Shown one piece after another: positions 1 to 8,904 of a stretch of 62,283 bases of DNA. Both the position numbers and the translations under genes were made by a program. The DNA comes from Vicinamibacteria bacterium (GTDB lineage Bacteria > Acidobacteriota > Vicinamibacteria > Vicinamibacterales > JAMQPK01), in assembly GCA_031371345.1 (NCBI GenBank), contig JANMJM010000070.1, positions 1-62,283 on the forward strand, given 5' to 3'. Numbering within the stretch: position 1 is the first letter of the stretch; each line of letters begins with the position of its first letter. The notes beneath the pieces were generated by a model that ran no database searches, was not told the origin of the DNA, and saw only the letters and a list, made by a program, of their open reading frames with translations.

Positions 1-130
1 CCGCAAACACCAGCAGCCCGATGGCGCCGAAGAACTGCCCGCGAATCACGTCGGCGCGCGATGCCCGGCGTGCGCGATTGCGCGACGCCCAGTAGACGGG
101 CAGCAACAAATAGGGAAAGGGAGCGGTCAT
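1..130 (-). CDS. ABC-2-type transporter permease, N-terminal fragment (runs off the window start)
   Basis: The minus-strand ATG at 130..128 overlaps the TGA of the upstream ATPase gene (ATGA). The translation MTAPFPYLLLPVYWASRNRARRASRADVIRGQFFGAIGLLVFA stays open to the window edge and ends in a hydrophobic stretch. It lies directly downstream of an ABC ATPase. Confidence 0.45.
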   Translation of the reverse strand, partial: MTAPFPYLLLPVYWASRNRARRASRADVIRGQFFGAIGLLVFA

Positions 131-879
131 AACATGTCGTCGATTTCCTGCAAACCGCTGCCGCCGGTCAGCTTCAGGAACACGGGGGTGAGTGCCTCGT
201 CCGGGCTGCCCGCCATGGCTTTCAGCTGATCGACCGTTCCTGTGGCGATGATTTTGCCCTTCAGGATAATGCTGATGCGATCGCACATCTCCTGTGCGAC
301 CTCCAGCGTATGCGTGCTCATAAGAATAGCGACGCCCCGCTCGCTCATCGTGCGGAACACGCCTTTGATCAGCTTGGCGCCCCGCGGATCCAATCCGACC
401 ATCGGCTCGTCAACGAGGACGGCGCCCGGCCGGTGCAGAAAGGCCGAGCCCATCACGAGCCGTTGTTTCATGCCGTGCGAAAAACTTTCGATCAGCTCGT
501 CCTTCCATCGTGAGAGCTCGAAGAGCTCGAGCATGTGATGCACGCGCTCGTCCACGCCGGCGTCCTCGATGCCGTAGAGACCCGCGTGAAATCGGAGGAA
601 TTCGCCGGCGGTGAGCTTCTCGTAGATGTACGGCCTGTCGGGAATGAAACCCAGCGACGCCTTGGCACCTTCCGGGTTCTTCGCCAGATCGTGGCCGTTC
701 ACGAAGATGCGCCCGGAAGTCGGCTTCAACAATCCGGCGATCATCCGGATGGTGGTGGTCTTGCCCGCACCGTTCGGCCCGAGGAAGCCGTGAATCTCGC
801 CGGGCTGGACATCGAGGCTGACGCCATCTACGGCCGTGAATTGGCCGTACTGCTTCACGAGATCGTGAATCGCGATCAT
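127..879 (-). CDS. ABC transporter ATP-binding protein
   Basis: Walker A GPNGAGKTT, signature-like FSHGMKQRL and Walker B VLVDEPMVGLD. The start ATG overlaps the stop of the upstream gene (ATGA at 876..879). Confidence 0.9.
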   Translation of the reverse strand: MIAIHDLVKQYGQFTAVDGVSLDVQPGEIHGFLGPNGAGKTTTIRMIAGLLKPTSGRIFVNGHDLAKNPEGAKASLGFIPDRPYIYEKLTAGEFLRFHAGLYGIEDAGVDERVHHMLELFELSRWKDELIESFSHGMKQRLVMGSAFLHRPGAVLVDEPMVGLDPRGAKLIKGVFRTMSERGVAILMSTHTLEVAQEMCDRISIILKGKIIATGTVDQLKAMAGSPDEALTPVFLKLTGGSGLQEIDDML

Positions 880-2528
880 TTATGGCCGCCGAGAAAACAG
901 GGCAAGCACCAGCGCGCCTGCGGAGGCTGAAGAGGCAGAGAGATTTCTGCCGCGGTCGGCGTGGCGTGCCCGACGAGAATCGGTGTCGCGTCGGGCGCAA
1001 GCTCGAGCTCGAGCACTGTAATCTTCACACGCCCGATGAATGGAATGATGGCGGCTTGCTTGTCGAGGCCGCCGCGCGCGAGTCGGAGATGCGTGCTATC
1101 GGCCGGAAACTGATTGAACGTGGGATCGACCGGCAGCCACAATCCGCGATTGCCGCCTTCGTCGATATACACCTCGGGCCACGCGTGGTAATAGAAGGCA
1201 CCGTGCACGAAGGCGAGACCGACGGCAATGCGCGCGGGAATGCCAATCGCCCGCGACATCGCGACAAACAGCGCCGTGTGCTCGTTACAGTCGCCGATTT
1301 TTGTGCGCAGCACTTCGCGCGCCGACGGAAGGCTCACGGTCGGTTTCTTCTGGATGAGGGCGTTCACGTAGCGTGTCAGCGCCTCTGCCCGTGCTCGAGC
1401 GCCATTGGTCCCATGCACGGCCTTGTCGGCCTCGGCGCGAATTTCGGGCGCATCGCTTTCGATAAAAAGTTCCGGGGCGAGGTACCGCGCCAGATCGCGA
1501 TCGCCGCGCTCGCTCGACGCCTGCTGCACGTCCCGGATCTCGACAATATCGCCGGCGATAGTCTGACCGGTGCCCTGAAGATCTGGAGACGACAGGTCGG
1601 CGCCTTCCACGCGAAGCCGCAACCGCCGAACGTCGCGCGGCTCCACGAGGGGCGGAAGCCGCGGAGTATGTGGCGCCATGACCGGCACGACCGCCGAGGC
1701 CTGCAGCAGGTCTTTCCGCATTTGTCCGGGCACGGCGAGCGCTCTGGCGCGTTCCGGCGTCTCGCGCACCGAAATAATGCCCATCGGGCTTTCTTCTCGC
1801 ACCACTTCTCCCGTGTCTGTCACCCACGACGTCGTGCGCAGGCCAACGAACTCCATGTCGACACGAAACGCGGGTATGGGCATGTTCGCCGCACGTATGA
1901 GCTCTCTCGATCCGACACGAACGGTGATCGGCGCATTGCGCAGCGTGGCGGGATCGAACACGCTCCATTGGTACCGTTTTCCTGCGGCAAGCCCGGCACC
2001 GGCCAGCCGGCGCGCCAGATTCAACGAGAGCATCGGCGGCTCGGCGAGTTCCCGCGTTTCCGTGCGGATCGATCCGGCGCTGGTGACGGAAATGACCAGG
2101 GTTCGCCCGTCAACCGTGCCGCTGACTTTGATGGGACCAGTGCCTGGGTCGAGCGAAAAATCGAACGTCTGCAGCTCGAACGCGCGATTCACTCGCGCCG
2201 TCGTGCGGATTTTGGCGGGGGTTGTCGCGCCGAGAAGCGCCATTTGCAGCTCGGCATCTTCTTGGAGCTCGAAGCCGGCTTTGGCGGGATCCTCATTATC
2301 AATAGGCACGGTCTGGCTGACGCTGAACCCCAGCTTCTCACCGCGGTAGTACACGCCCCGCCATTGGGCCGTCGATCCGTATCGCGCAAGATCGGTCGCG
2401 AGATTGGCAGAGGCCTGCAGATAGGATCGGTTGATGACGCTCGCCATCACGCCGGCCCAGGCTATCAGCACCAGAATTGAGATCGGCCGTGTGAGGGACC
2501 GGGGTAAAGGGATGAACCAGGAAGACAT
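876..2528 (-). CDS. Membrane-anchored transglutaminase-like (cysteine protease fold) protein
   Basis: N-terminal TM segment ISILVLIAWAGVMASVI. C-terminal transglutaminase core GDCNEHTALFVAMSRAIGIPARIAVGLAF...YYHAWPEVY (Cys and His motifs). Confidence 0.8.
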   Translation of the reverse strand: MSSWFIPLPRSLTRPISILVLIAWAGVMASVINRSYLQASANLATDLARYGSTAQWRGVYYRGEKLGFSVSQTVPIDNEDPAKAGFELQEDAELQMALLGATTPAKIRTTARVNRAFELQTFDFSLDPGTGPIKVSGTVDGRTLVISVTSAGSIRTETRELAEPPMLSLNLARRLAGAGLAAGKRYQWSVFDPATLRNAPITVRVGSRELIRAANMPIPAFRVDMEFVGLRTTSWVTDTGEVVREESPMGIISVRETPERARALAVPGQMRKDLLQASAVVPVMAPHTPRLPPLVEPRDVRRLRLRVEGADLSSPDLQGTGQTIAGDIVEIRDVQQASSERGDRDLARYLAPELFIESDAPEIRAEADKAVHGTNGARARAEALTRYVNALIQKKPTVSLPSAREVLRTKIGDCNEHTALFVAMSRAIGIPARIAVGLAFVHGAFYYHAWPEVYIDEGGNRGLWLPVDPTFNQFPADSTHLRLARGGLDKQAAIIPFIGRVKITVLELELAPDATPILVGHATPTAAEISLPLQPPQARWCLPCFLGGHK

Positions 2529-2588
2529 TGCGTGTCTGCCTGGTTATCGGATGAAGCGCCTTTCGAGGTGAGTAGGGGAAATTCCTAG

Positions 2589-3545
2589 TTAGAACCCGTA
2601 GAGTCGCGCCGGGTTATCGACAAGGATCGCGCGCCGCGTCGCGGGGTCTGGCACCCACACTGCCAGCGCGTTCAGCATCTGGCCGTCGTCGGTAGGGATA
2701 GGCCGCGCGATGTCGGTGTTTTTTCGACCGGGAACCCGATTGGAATCCGGATGGGGCCAGTTGGTGCCCCACAGAATGCGCTGAGGATTCGCCGCGATAA
2801 GCGCGCGCGCAAACGGCATGACGTCCGGATAGTCCGGCGCCCGTTTCGACATCAAGTCGAACGCGCCGGAAATTTTCACGTACGCGTTTCCGTTCTTTAC
2901 GAGATTCAACAGCGCGCCGTACCCCGGCTGCGTGAGTCCTGCCGCCGCCGTCGCGCCGCCGAAGTGATCAACCACGATGGTGACCGGCGAGGCAAGTACA
3001 AGGTCGCTGATGGCCTCAATCACCGTCGGCTGCGTGTTGATTTGAATGTGCCACTTGCGCGCCTGTATTCTCTCCACGCCGTTCTGAAATCGCTGCCGAG
3101 CCACGGCTGGATCGCTGATTCCGGCGGTCGCCAGGTTCAGGCGAATGCCACGAACGCCTGCCTTGCTCATCATGTCGAGGGCGCTCTCGGGTGTCTTCTC
3201 GTCGATGACGGCCACGCCGCGGGCACGCGCGCCAAGCTGCTTCAAGCCGTCGAGCATGCAGGTGTTGTCGGTGCCGTACACGCTCGGCTGGACGACGACC
3301 ACGCGGTCGATGTGCAGGGCCTGATGCAGTTTGAGCAGATCGTTGACCGTGGCCGCCTCGGGCGTGTAGACCCTGCCGGCGAAAAACGGATATCGCTTCG
3401 GATCGCCGAACACGTGCACGTGGCAATCGCAGGCGCCGGCGGGTACGTCGAAGCCGACTTTCGTGCTTGGCTGCGGCACCTTGGCGAGCAGCGTTTTCCC
3501 AAACAGTCCGGCCATGCCGGCGACAAGTTCCCTTCGGGATAGCAT
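2589..3545 (-). CDS. Amidohydrolase-2 family metal-dependent hydrolase with a Tat-like signal
   Basis: Twin-arginine-like N-terminus MLSRRELVAGMAGLFGKTLLA and HxH metal motif ACDCHVHVF. The overall pattern resembles TIM-barrel amidohydrolase_2 / LigI-like proteins. Confidence 0.75.
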   Translation of the reverse strand: MLSRRELVAGMAGLFGKTLLAKVPQPSTKVGFDVPAGACDCHVHVFGDPKRYPFFAGRVYTPEAATVNDLLKLHQALHIDRVVVVQPSVYGTDNTCMLDGLKQLGARARGVAVIDEKTPESALDMMSKAGVRGIRLNLATAGISDPAVARQRFQNGVERIQARKWHIQINTQPTVIEAISDLVLASPVTIVVDHFGGATAAAGLTQPGYGALLNLVKNGNAYVKISGAFDLMSKRAPDYPDVMPFARALIAANPQRILWGTNWPHPDSNRVPGRKNTDIARPIPTDDGQMLNALAVWVPDPATRRAILVDNPARLYGF

Positions 3546-3560
3546 CTAGTACCTCTCTGG

Positions 3561-3595
3561 AATCTAAAATCTATAATCTAAAATCTATAATTTAC
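3561..3595. repeat. AT-rich heptamer tandem repeat (AATCTAA AATCTAT AATCTAA AATCTAT AATTTAC) in an intercistronic spacer
   Basis: Read directly from the sequence. It fills most of the 46-nt spacer between the regulator stop (3592) and the amidohydrolase start (3545). Confidence 0.85.
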
Positions 3596-4077
3596 CCGCC
3601 GCGTTCGAGATGTTTCACAAACGCCGCCAAAGTTTCGCGGCTCACGTGATGCTCGATCCCCTCGGCATCCGACTCGGCCACATTAGATGGCACGCCGAGC
3701 GAAATGAGAAATCGGATGACCACTTCGTGCCGATCGCGCGATTCCTTGGCGAGGTTGCGCCCCGGCCCGGTAAGAAAGATAGACCGATACGGCTGCGTTG
3801 TCACCAGTCCTTTGCGCTGAAGCCGCTGAAGCGTCCGGCTGGCGGTCACGTGCGTCACTCCAAGCCCGCGCGCCAGGTCGATGAGCCGCGCCTCACCGGT
3901 TTTTGAAATCAGCTCGGCGATCATTTCGACGTAATCCTGCGCAAGCTCCTGGGAATGATCGTTCCGCGTGCGCTCGGAATGGCTTCTGAGCGGAACGCGG
4001 CGCGGTGATGTTTTTTTAGATCGTTTCACGCTACTCACTAGACCAAAACGACGCCGGTTTGACAAGGCGCGCCACAA
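3592..4077 (-). CDS. DtxR/MntR-family metal-dependent transcriptional regulator
   Basis: QDYVEMIAELISKTGEARLIDLARGLGVTHVTASRTLQRLQRKGLV (winged HTH) followed by RHEVVIRFL...AEGIEHHVS, which looks like a metal-binding/dimerisation region. The ORF-track start is a TTG. The true start may be an internal GTG near 4029. Confidence 0.8.
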   Translation of the reverse strand: MWRALSNRRRFGLVSSVKRSKKTSPRRVPLRSHSERTRNDHSQELAQDYVEMIAELISKTGEARLIDLARGLGVTHVTASRTLQRLQRKGLVTTQPYRSIFLTGPGRNLAKESRDRHEVVIRFLISLGVPSNVAESDAEGIEHHVSRETLAAFVKHLERGG

Positions 4078-4097
4078 AATGTAGCATTGGCTACATT
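4059..4097 (+). promoter_or_regulatory. Candidate sigma70-type promoter with overlapping 20-bp palindromic operator
   Basis: TTGACA at 4059..4064, a 17-nt spacer, then TAGCAT at 4082..4087. A perfect inverted repeat AATGTAGC-ATTG-GCTACATT at 4078..4097 abuts the ATG at 4098. It sits between the divergent DtxR/MntR regulator and the TonB-dependent receptor. Confidence 0.45.
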
Positions 4098-6497
4098 ATG
4101 GAGGCTTATCTACATCTGGTAGCAGGTTTCGTGTTTCTGCTCTACGCGGCACCGACCTCCGCGCAGACCGTCGCGCTGTTGCGTGGCGTCGTCCAGGATG
4201 TGCAGGGAGGATCGCTGCCAGGGGCAGAAGTCCGTCTCTCGAAATCACTCACGGGGCTCGAGCGCACGGCAGCGGCGTCGGTAGACGGCCGCTTTCAGAT
4301 CGCGAACATTCCGCTCGATACCTACGAGCTGCGTGTCGAATTTCCCGGCTTCGCGCCAAGCGTGCGGCGTCTCGATCTGCGCACGAGCGTGCCGATCGAG
4401 CTGAACGTGGTGCTCGAGCTCGCGGCGCAAAGCACTTCGGTGACAGTAACGCCGGAGGCGCCGCTCGTCGACACGTCGTCTGCCGGCACCCGCAATCAGG
4501 TGAGCATGACGCAAATCGAGCAGTTGCCGGCGACGGTCGGCAGCCGCGGCCTCGAGTCTGTGCTCGTCACCTTCCCCGGTTTCGCACAAAACGCCAATGG
4601 CGCCATCCACCCGCGCGGCGCGCACAATCAGATGACGTTTGTCGTCGACGGTCTGGTGATTAGCGATCAATTAACGGGCGCCTTCGCGAACGCGCTCGAC
4701 GCGAGCATCATCCAGACGACAGAACTGATGACCGGCAATATTCCGGCTGAGTTCGGCAGCAAGGTGTCTGGGGTGGCGGTCATCACCAGCCGCAGCGGGC
4801 TCGGCATTAATCGGCAGCTTGCCGGCGATCTCATGATCGCGGGCGCCGGGTTCAATACGTGGCACGGCGCACTGGAGGGCGGCGGCGGACGGAATCGCAT
4901 GGGATATTTCGGATCGGTGACGGCGATGCGCACCGAACGGTTTCTCGATCAGGTCGGCCTCGATAACCTGCATAACGCCGGACACTTCGGCCGTGGATTT
5001 GTGCGATTCGATCTTCAGCCGACCGATCGCGACATGCTGCACGTTCACGGCATGGGCGGCCGATCGCATTTTCAGATCGCGAACCTGCGATCGCAGCAGG
5101 CGTCCGGACAGGATCAGCGCCAAACGTTGTCTGATGGCGCGGCGTGGGCGTCGTACCTTCGAACGCTCAACAGCGGGTCAACCCTGGAATCCATTTTTGG
5201 CTATCGCGCGACGCAGGCGCGACTTGATCCGAGCGCGGGCGACAGGCCGGTGACGGCCTCTCAGCATCGCAGCCTCGCGACCACGACAGCATCCGTGCGG
5301 TACACCAGGGTGCTCGGCGCCAGTTCGGTCCGGGCCGGCGTCGATGTTCAACGCTTTCCCGTCCGTGAATCCTTCACGCTGGGCATCACGAGTGGCAGGT
5401 TCAACGACCCGGCATCACCGTCGTTCAACGCGTCGCTGCTGCGCCACGACCTCACGCGCGGTGGTTCGCCGTTCGTATTTGACGCCAGCGAGACGGGACA
5501 TCAGCTCGGGGCCTTCATTCAAACCACGCTGCATCTGCGTGCGCTCACGCTCGCGCTTGGCATTCGCCACGACACGTATTCGTTTCTCGTCGATGGCCGG
5601 CAGCTGCAGCCGCGGGCCGGCGTGTCGTATCAGCTGCCCGGCTCGGCCGGCGTGGTGCGCGCGTCCTACAACCGAAACTATCAAACGCCGCCGAATGAAA
5701 ACCTCTTGCTCTCGAGTTCCGAAGCGGCAAGCCGGCTTGCCCCCGAAAGCGTGAGGCAGGCGCTCGGAGGAGCGTTCCGGCCGATTCAGCCGGAACGGCA
5801 GAACGTGTACGAGATTGGATTTCAGCGGGCCATTTCCAACAGCGCAAGCGTCGATGTGTCGGCCTACCGCAAAGATTCGACCGATCAACAGGACAACAAT
5901 AACTTCTTCGATACCGGTATCATTTTTCCGACGGCGCTCGCAGCCATTCGCGTCGAGGGGGCCGAGTTTCGACTTTCGCTGGCTCACCGCCGCGCGGTCT
6001 CTGGCACGCTCAGCACGACTGTGGGCCGCGCGATTTCCACGCCGCCGTTCACTGGCGGGCTCTTCCTGGGTCAGGACGCCGTCGATCTCCTGTCGTCCGG
6101 GCCGTTCCGCATCGACCACGACCAGCGGCTGAGTGTTCACGCAACGGTTCAGTACACGGCTCCGCGCAATCTTTGGTTGGGCGGCTCCGCGCGGTACGAC
6201 AGCGGGCTGGTGTCGAATCCGTCCGATCCGGCGCAAGTGGCGCTAAATCCCGACTTCGCGGACCTGCTGCCGTATGTGAACCTGACGGCAGCCGTACCGC
6301 GCGTGCGGCCTCGGACGATCGTCGACGTCGCCGGCGGATACGATGGGCGATCACGCGGACGGCGTATCTGGAGCGTGCAGATGCAGGTGACGAATCTCGC
6401 CAACCGCACCGCGCTCTACAACTTTCAATCGGTGTTCGTCGGCACACGGCTGGTGCAGCCACGCACGGTTGCCGTTCGCGTCAAAAAATACTTTTAA
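4098..6497 (+). CDS. TonB-dependent outer-membrane receptor with N-terminal carboxypeptidase-regulatory-like domain
   Basis: Signal-like MEAYLHLVAGFVFLLYAAPTSAQ and CarboxypepD_reg-like GVVQDVQGGSLPGAEVRL...DGRFQIANIPLDTYELRVEFPGFA. A long beta-barrel-like region ends in an aromatic residue (...VRVKKYF). The ORF is open from 4059; the ATG at 4098 is preferred. Confidence 0.8.
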   Translation: MEAYLHLVAGFVFLLYAAPTSAQTVALLRGVVQDVQGGSLPGAEVRLSKSLTGLERTAAASVDGRFQIANIPLDTYELRVEFPGFAPSVRRLDLRTSVPIELNVVLELAAQSTSVTVTPEAPLVDTSSAGTRNQVSMTQIEQLPATVGSRGLESVLVTFPGFAQNANGAIHPRGAHNQMTFVVDGLVISDQLTGAFANALDASIIQTTELMTGNIPAEFGSKVSGVAVITSRSGLGINRQLAGDLMIAGAGFNTWHGALEGGGGRNRMGYFGSVTAMRTERFLDQVGLDNLHNAGHFGRGFVRFDLQPTDRDMLHVHGMGGRSHFQIANLRSQQASGQDQRQTLSDGAAWASYLRTLNSGSTLESIFGYRATQARLDPSAGDRPVTASQHRSLATTTASVRYTRVLGASSVRAGVDVQRFPVRESFTLGITSGRFNDPASPSFNASLLRHDLTRGGSPFVFDASETGHQLGAFIQTTLHLRALTLALGIRHDTYSFLVDGRQLQPRAGVSYQLPGSAGVVRASYNRNYQTPPNENLLLSSSEAASRLAPESVRQALGGAFRPIQPERQNVYEIGFQRAISNSASVDVSAYRKDSTDQQDNNNFFDTGIIFPTALAAIRVEGAEFRLSLAHRRAVSGTLSTTVGRAISTPPFTGGLFLGQDAVDLLSSGPFRIDHDQRLSVHATVQYTAPRNLWLGGSARYDSGLVSNPSDPAQVALNPDFADLLPYVNLTAAVPRVRPRTIVDVAGGYDGRSRGRRIWSVQMQVTNLANRTALYNFQSVFVGTRLVQPRTVAVRVKKYF

Positions 6498-7634
6498 CTA
6501 CAGGAGCAGGGACTCGACGCGGTGCGCGTGGACGCTGTCTTCGCACGGCGACCAGGCGAACACGGTGAAACGCCGGTCTTGCGATGCCACCAGCGCGATA
6601 GCGGCGTGCTGGTCATTCACGAACTGCGCAGCCGACAGGTGCCGCGTGCCGCCGAGAGTCGCCGATAGCAGGACCTTCGGCACGTTGCCCACGATGGGCT
6701 CGGTCATCGTCACCTGCTCGACCGGTGGCGCGCCCCGCCGCCGCTGGATCTTGCCGCCAAATCCCAGCACCTCGTACGCGTCCGTGATGATCGCAGCGCC
6801 GTCGACCGCCGTGAGCCCTGCGATGGCATCGACGGCCTCTCGCAGCGCCTCCTGCCACACGTGCAGCTTCATCCCGCTGCCGGTCCGCTGCATCAGCTCT
6901 GCGAGCTCTCGAAACGGCGGCGTCACCGCGTACGTCATCGGGTGAATGATCGACTCGCGCCATTCATCGGTGTTTGCAGGCACGACGAGCACTGATCCGC
7001 CGCGTCCATGCGCGCGCATCGACACGGCGATCTGTACGAGCACATTCACCGAGTCGACCCACGACGCCGGTGAGTCGAATCCCAGCAGCGAGTTGAGCAG
7101 ATCTGGGCAGTCGGGGAGGCTGGAGGCGCCTTCATCCACGATTTTGATCTGATCGCCTTCAAGCACCGCCACGTTCACGTATTTGCCGGACTGCTCGCCG
7201 CGATGGTGCTTGATGACCAAAAGCCCCGGCTCAACGACTTCGAGCACAAAACAGTAGTTGGGAATATTGTGGGTCGTGCCCCACACGCAGAGTTCTTCCT
7301 GATATCGCCACATCCCAAGGTGAATGCCGGCACGCTCGACAACCGGGGCAACTTTCGTGAGAGCCGCCGGCGTCAGCGGGAGCGGCTTTTCGAGCAACAG
7401 CGGATTGGCATCCTGCTCCGGCGGAAGATACGCGATCGAGATCTTCGGAACGTACCCCTCCTCGCGACGCAGGCTCGCCCAGAACGCAGCGTTGATGACC
7501 TGTTCGATGACATCCGCTTCGGGAAGCGCGGCAATGCCTTGAGCGCCTCGCGCTTTCGCCGCTTTCAGGTGGCGCGCGAAATGCGCCTGTACCTTCGGGG
7601 CCACGAGCCTCGCAGCCGGATAGGTCTCTGGCAT
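6498..7634 (-). CDS. DAC (diadenylate cyclase, DisA_N)-like domain protein with a large uncharacterised N-terminal domain
   Basis: The C-terminal half contains HGRGGSVLVV, then TAVDGAAIITDAYEVLGFGGKI, then LGGTRHLSAAQFVNDQHAAIALVASQDRRFTVFAW. These parallel the DAC motifs GALIVI / DGAxII / GTRHRAA / VVSEETG. Confidence 0.55.
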   Translation of the reverse strand: MPETYPAARLVAPKVQAHFARHLKAAKARGAQGIAALPEADVIEQVINAAFWASLRREEGYVPKISIAYLPPEQDANPLLLEKPLPLTPAALTKVAPVVERAGIHLGMWRYQEELCVWGTTHNIPNYCFVLEVVEPGLLVIKHHRGEQSGKYVNVAVLEGDQIKIVDEGASSLPDCPDLLNSLLGFDSPASWVDSVNVLVQIAVSMRAHGRGGSVLVVPANTDEWRESIIHPMTYAVTPPFRELAELMQRTGSGMKLHVWQEALREAVDAIAGLTAVDGAAIITDAYEVLGFGGKIQRRRGAPPVEQVTMTEPIVGNVPKVLLSATLGGTRHLSAAQFVNDQHAAIALVASQDRRFTVFAWSPCEDSVHAHRVESLLL

Positions 7635-7746
7635 GACCTAGGATTCTATTTCATTGAGTCGGCGTGACCGGAGCCGGAGGCGCATCGGGCGCCGCAACGC
7701 CTGTGCCTTGGCGTTAACATTGCATTCCAGGGGGAGTCCTCGATAA

Positions 7747-8250
7747 GTGGTTCAAAGCCTGTACATTCGCGCGCTCGGACTCGTCACGACCGTGTGTTAT
7801 GCGGCCTTAATTGGGTGGATGTATGTGCACCAGCCGCAATCTGTTGCCGAAGTGACCGGCGCCCTGTCGGCCAACATCGGCACGTATCAGGTGGACCAGC
7901 CGGCTTTTGACGAAGCGCTGCGTCTCTTTCGCGAGAATCAGTTTGCGGCCGCGCGGTCGGGATTCGAGCGTGCCGACCCGGCCCATCGCGACGCCAGAAC
8001 ACAGTTCTATGTTGCGTATAGTTTTTATCGAGAAGGTTGGGGACGGCTCTACAACGACGACCGCCTGTTTACGCTCGGCCTCGAGGCTGCCAATCGAGCA
8101 GTGGCGCTTTCGCCTCACGGAATTTTTCAGGTGGACGATGCCGGCCTCGGGATACGAACGGCGGACGAGCTGAAGGCAGAACTCGAATCCGGATTACGAC
8201 GGGATGTCTCCGACCTGAATCCCCTCAGACTCTTCAGGGTGCGCAAATGA
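7747..8250 (+). CDS. Hypothetical membrane-anchored protein (TPR-like helical region)
   Basis: GTG start, N-terminal TM segment LGLVTTVCYAALIGWMYV, and a helical, repeat-like remainder. The stop overlaps the next gene start (ATGA at 8247..8250). Confidence 0.55.
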   Translation: MVQSLYIRALGLVTTVCYAALIGWMYVHQPQSVAEVTGALSANIGTYQVDQPAFDEALRLFRENQFAAARSGFERADPAHRDARTQFYVAYSFYREGWGRLYNDDRLFTLGLEAANRAVALSPHGIFQVDDAGLGIRTADELKAELESGLRRDVSDLNPLRLFRVRK

Positions 8251-8900
8251 GTCCGGCACGCGAAGCGTTCTATTTGCCGCTGCTCTTTCTTACGGTCGTG
8301 CTGCTTGGCGGCATGCGGATCGTCGATCGCGTCGTGCTGCTACCGCCGACGTTGTTTGCGTTGGTCCTCGGTCTGTTGTTGCTGGGAGTGCTGGTGAAGT
8401 GCGGAGCGCTGGCGCCGGAACGCCTGATGAACGCGAACCGGCCCGCGCTCGCCAATCTCAACGGGTTTGTCGTACTGGGCGCGGCGTTTCTGGCAGGCGC
8501 TCAGGCGTTCAACTTGGCGACGCCAGACGCCGGCCTGCCGTACATCCTGTTCAGCGTGTTCTTCCTCGTGTTGCTGTTGAACACACTGGCCGCATCGCCC
8601 GATCGCGTTCGCGTGCTGCGCAGCCTTGTTGTCATTTTCGGGTCCGCGTTCATTTTGAAATTCATTGTGCTCGCCGCCGTGTCGGATCCGGAGGGCGGCC
8701 GATTGAGGCGCGTGCTGCTGGCGTTGCTCGAGGGCGTCACGTTGGGCACCCTCACTCAGCCGGTCGCGCATCCGGCGACCGGCTATCTAGCGTTTGTCAC
8801 GCTGCTGCTATTTTTGACGGGGCTGGCACTCTTGCCGCACGAGGTTGCCAGTTCTCAGTTGTCAGTCGTCGGCTCCCGAGCGCCGACAATTGACAACTGA
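8247..8900 (+). CDS. Hypothetical polytopic membrane protein
   Basis: The internal ATG at 8247 is coupled to the upstream stop. There are about six hydrophobic segments (LPLLFLTVVLLGG, LFALVLGLLLLGVLV, VVLGAAFLAGA, ILFSVFFLVLLL, VVIFGSAFILKFIVLAAV, YLAFVTLLLFLTGLALL). The last ~18 codons lie inside an inverted repeat. Confidence 0.6.
   Translation: MSPAREAFYLPLLFLTVVLLGGMRIVDRVVLLPPTLFALVLGLLLLGVLVKCGALAPERLMNANRPALANLNGFVVLGAAFLAGAQAFNLATPDAGLPYILFSVFFLVLLLNTLAASPDRVRVLRSLVVIFGSAFILKFIVLAAVSDPEGGRLRRVLLALLEGVTLGTLTQPVAHPATGYLAFVTLLLFLTGLALLPHEVASSQLSVVGSRAPTIDN
8856..8899. terminator. Inverted repeat / bidirectional terminator-like hairpin between convergent genes
   Basis: CAGTTGTCAGTCGTCGGC-tcccgagc-GCCGACAATTGACAACTG gives 18-nt arms with 2 mismatches. 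It is flanked by heptamer-periodic GTTGCCA GTTCTCA GTTGTCA GTCGTCG. Confidence 0.5.
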
Positions 8901-8904
8901 AAAA

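Noticed and set aside
882-2480. A 532-aa plus-strand ORF opposite the transglutaminase-like gene. Similar long antisense ORFs occur elsewhere, for example 9715..10668, 18915..19757, 28515..29549, 42759..43946 and 48704..50077.
   Set aside because: Their translations are dominated by Arg/Ala/Gly/Pro runs, which is typical of out-of-frame or antisense reading of GC-rich coding DNA. They carry no recognisable motifs. Each one fully overlaps a gene with strong family signatures on the other strand.
7635-7746. Possible tRNA, small RNA or riboswitch in the larger intergenic regions (7635..7746, 13415..13654, 31528..31617, 35573..35783, 41956..42055, 59146..59214).
   Set aside because: I saw no cloverleaf-compatible sequence with a T-loop GGTTCGAATCC-type motif, and no pattern I can match to a known riboswitch class by eye. 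Only generic hairpins are present. A covariance-model scan would be needed to exclude these definitively.
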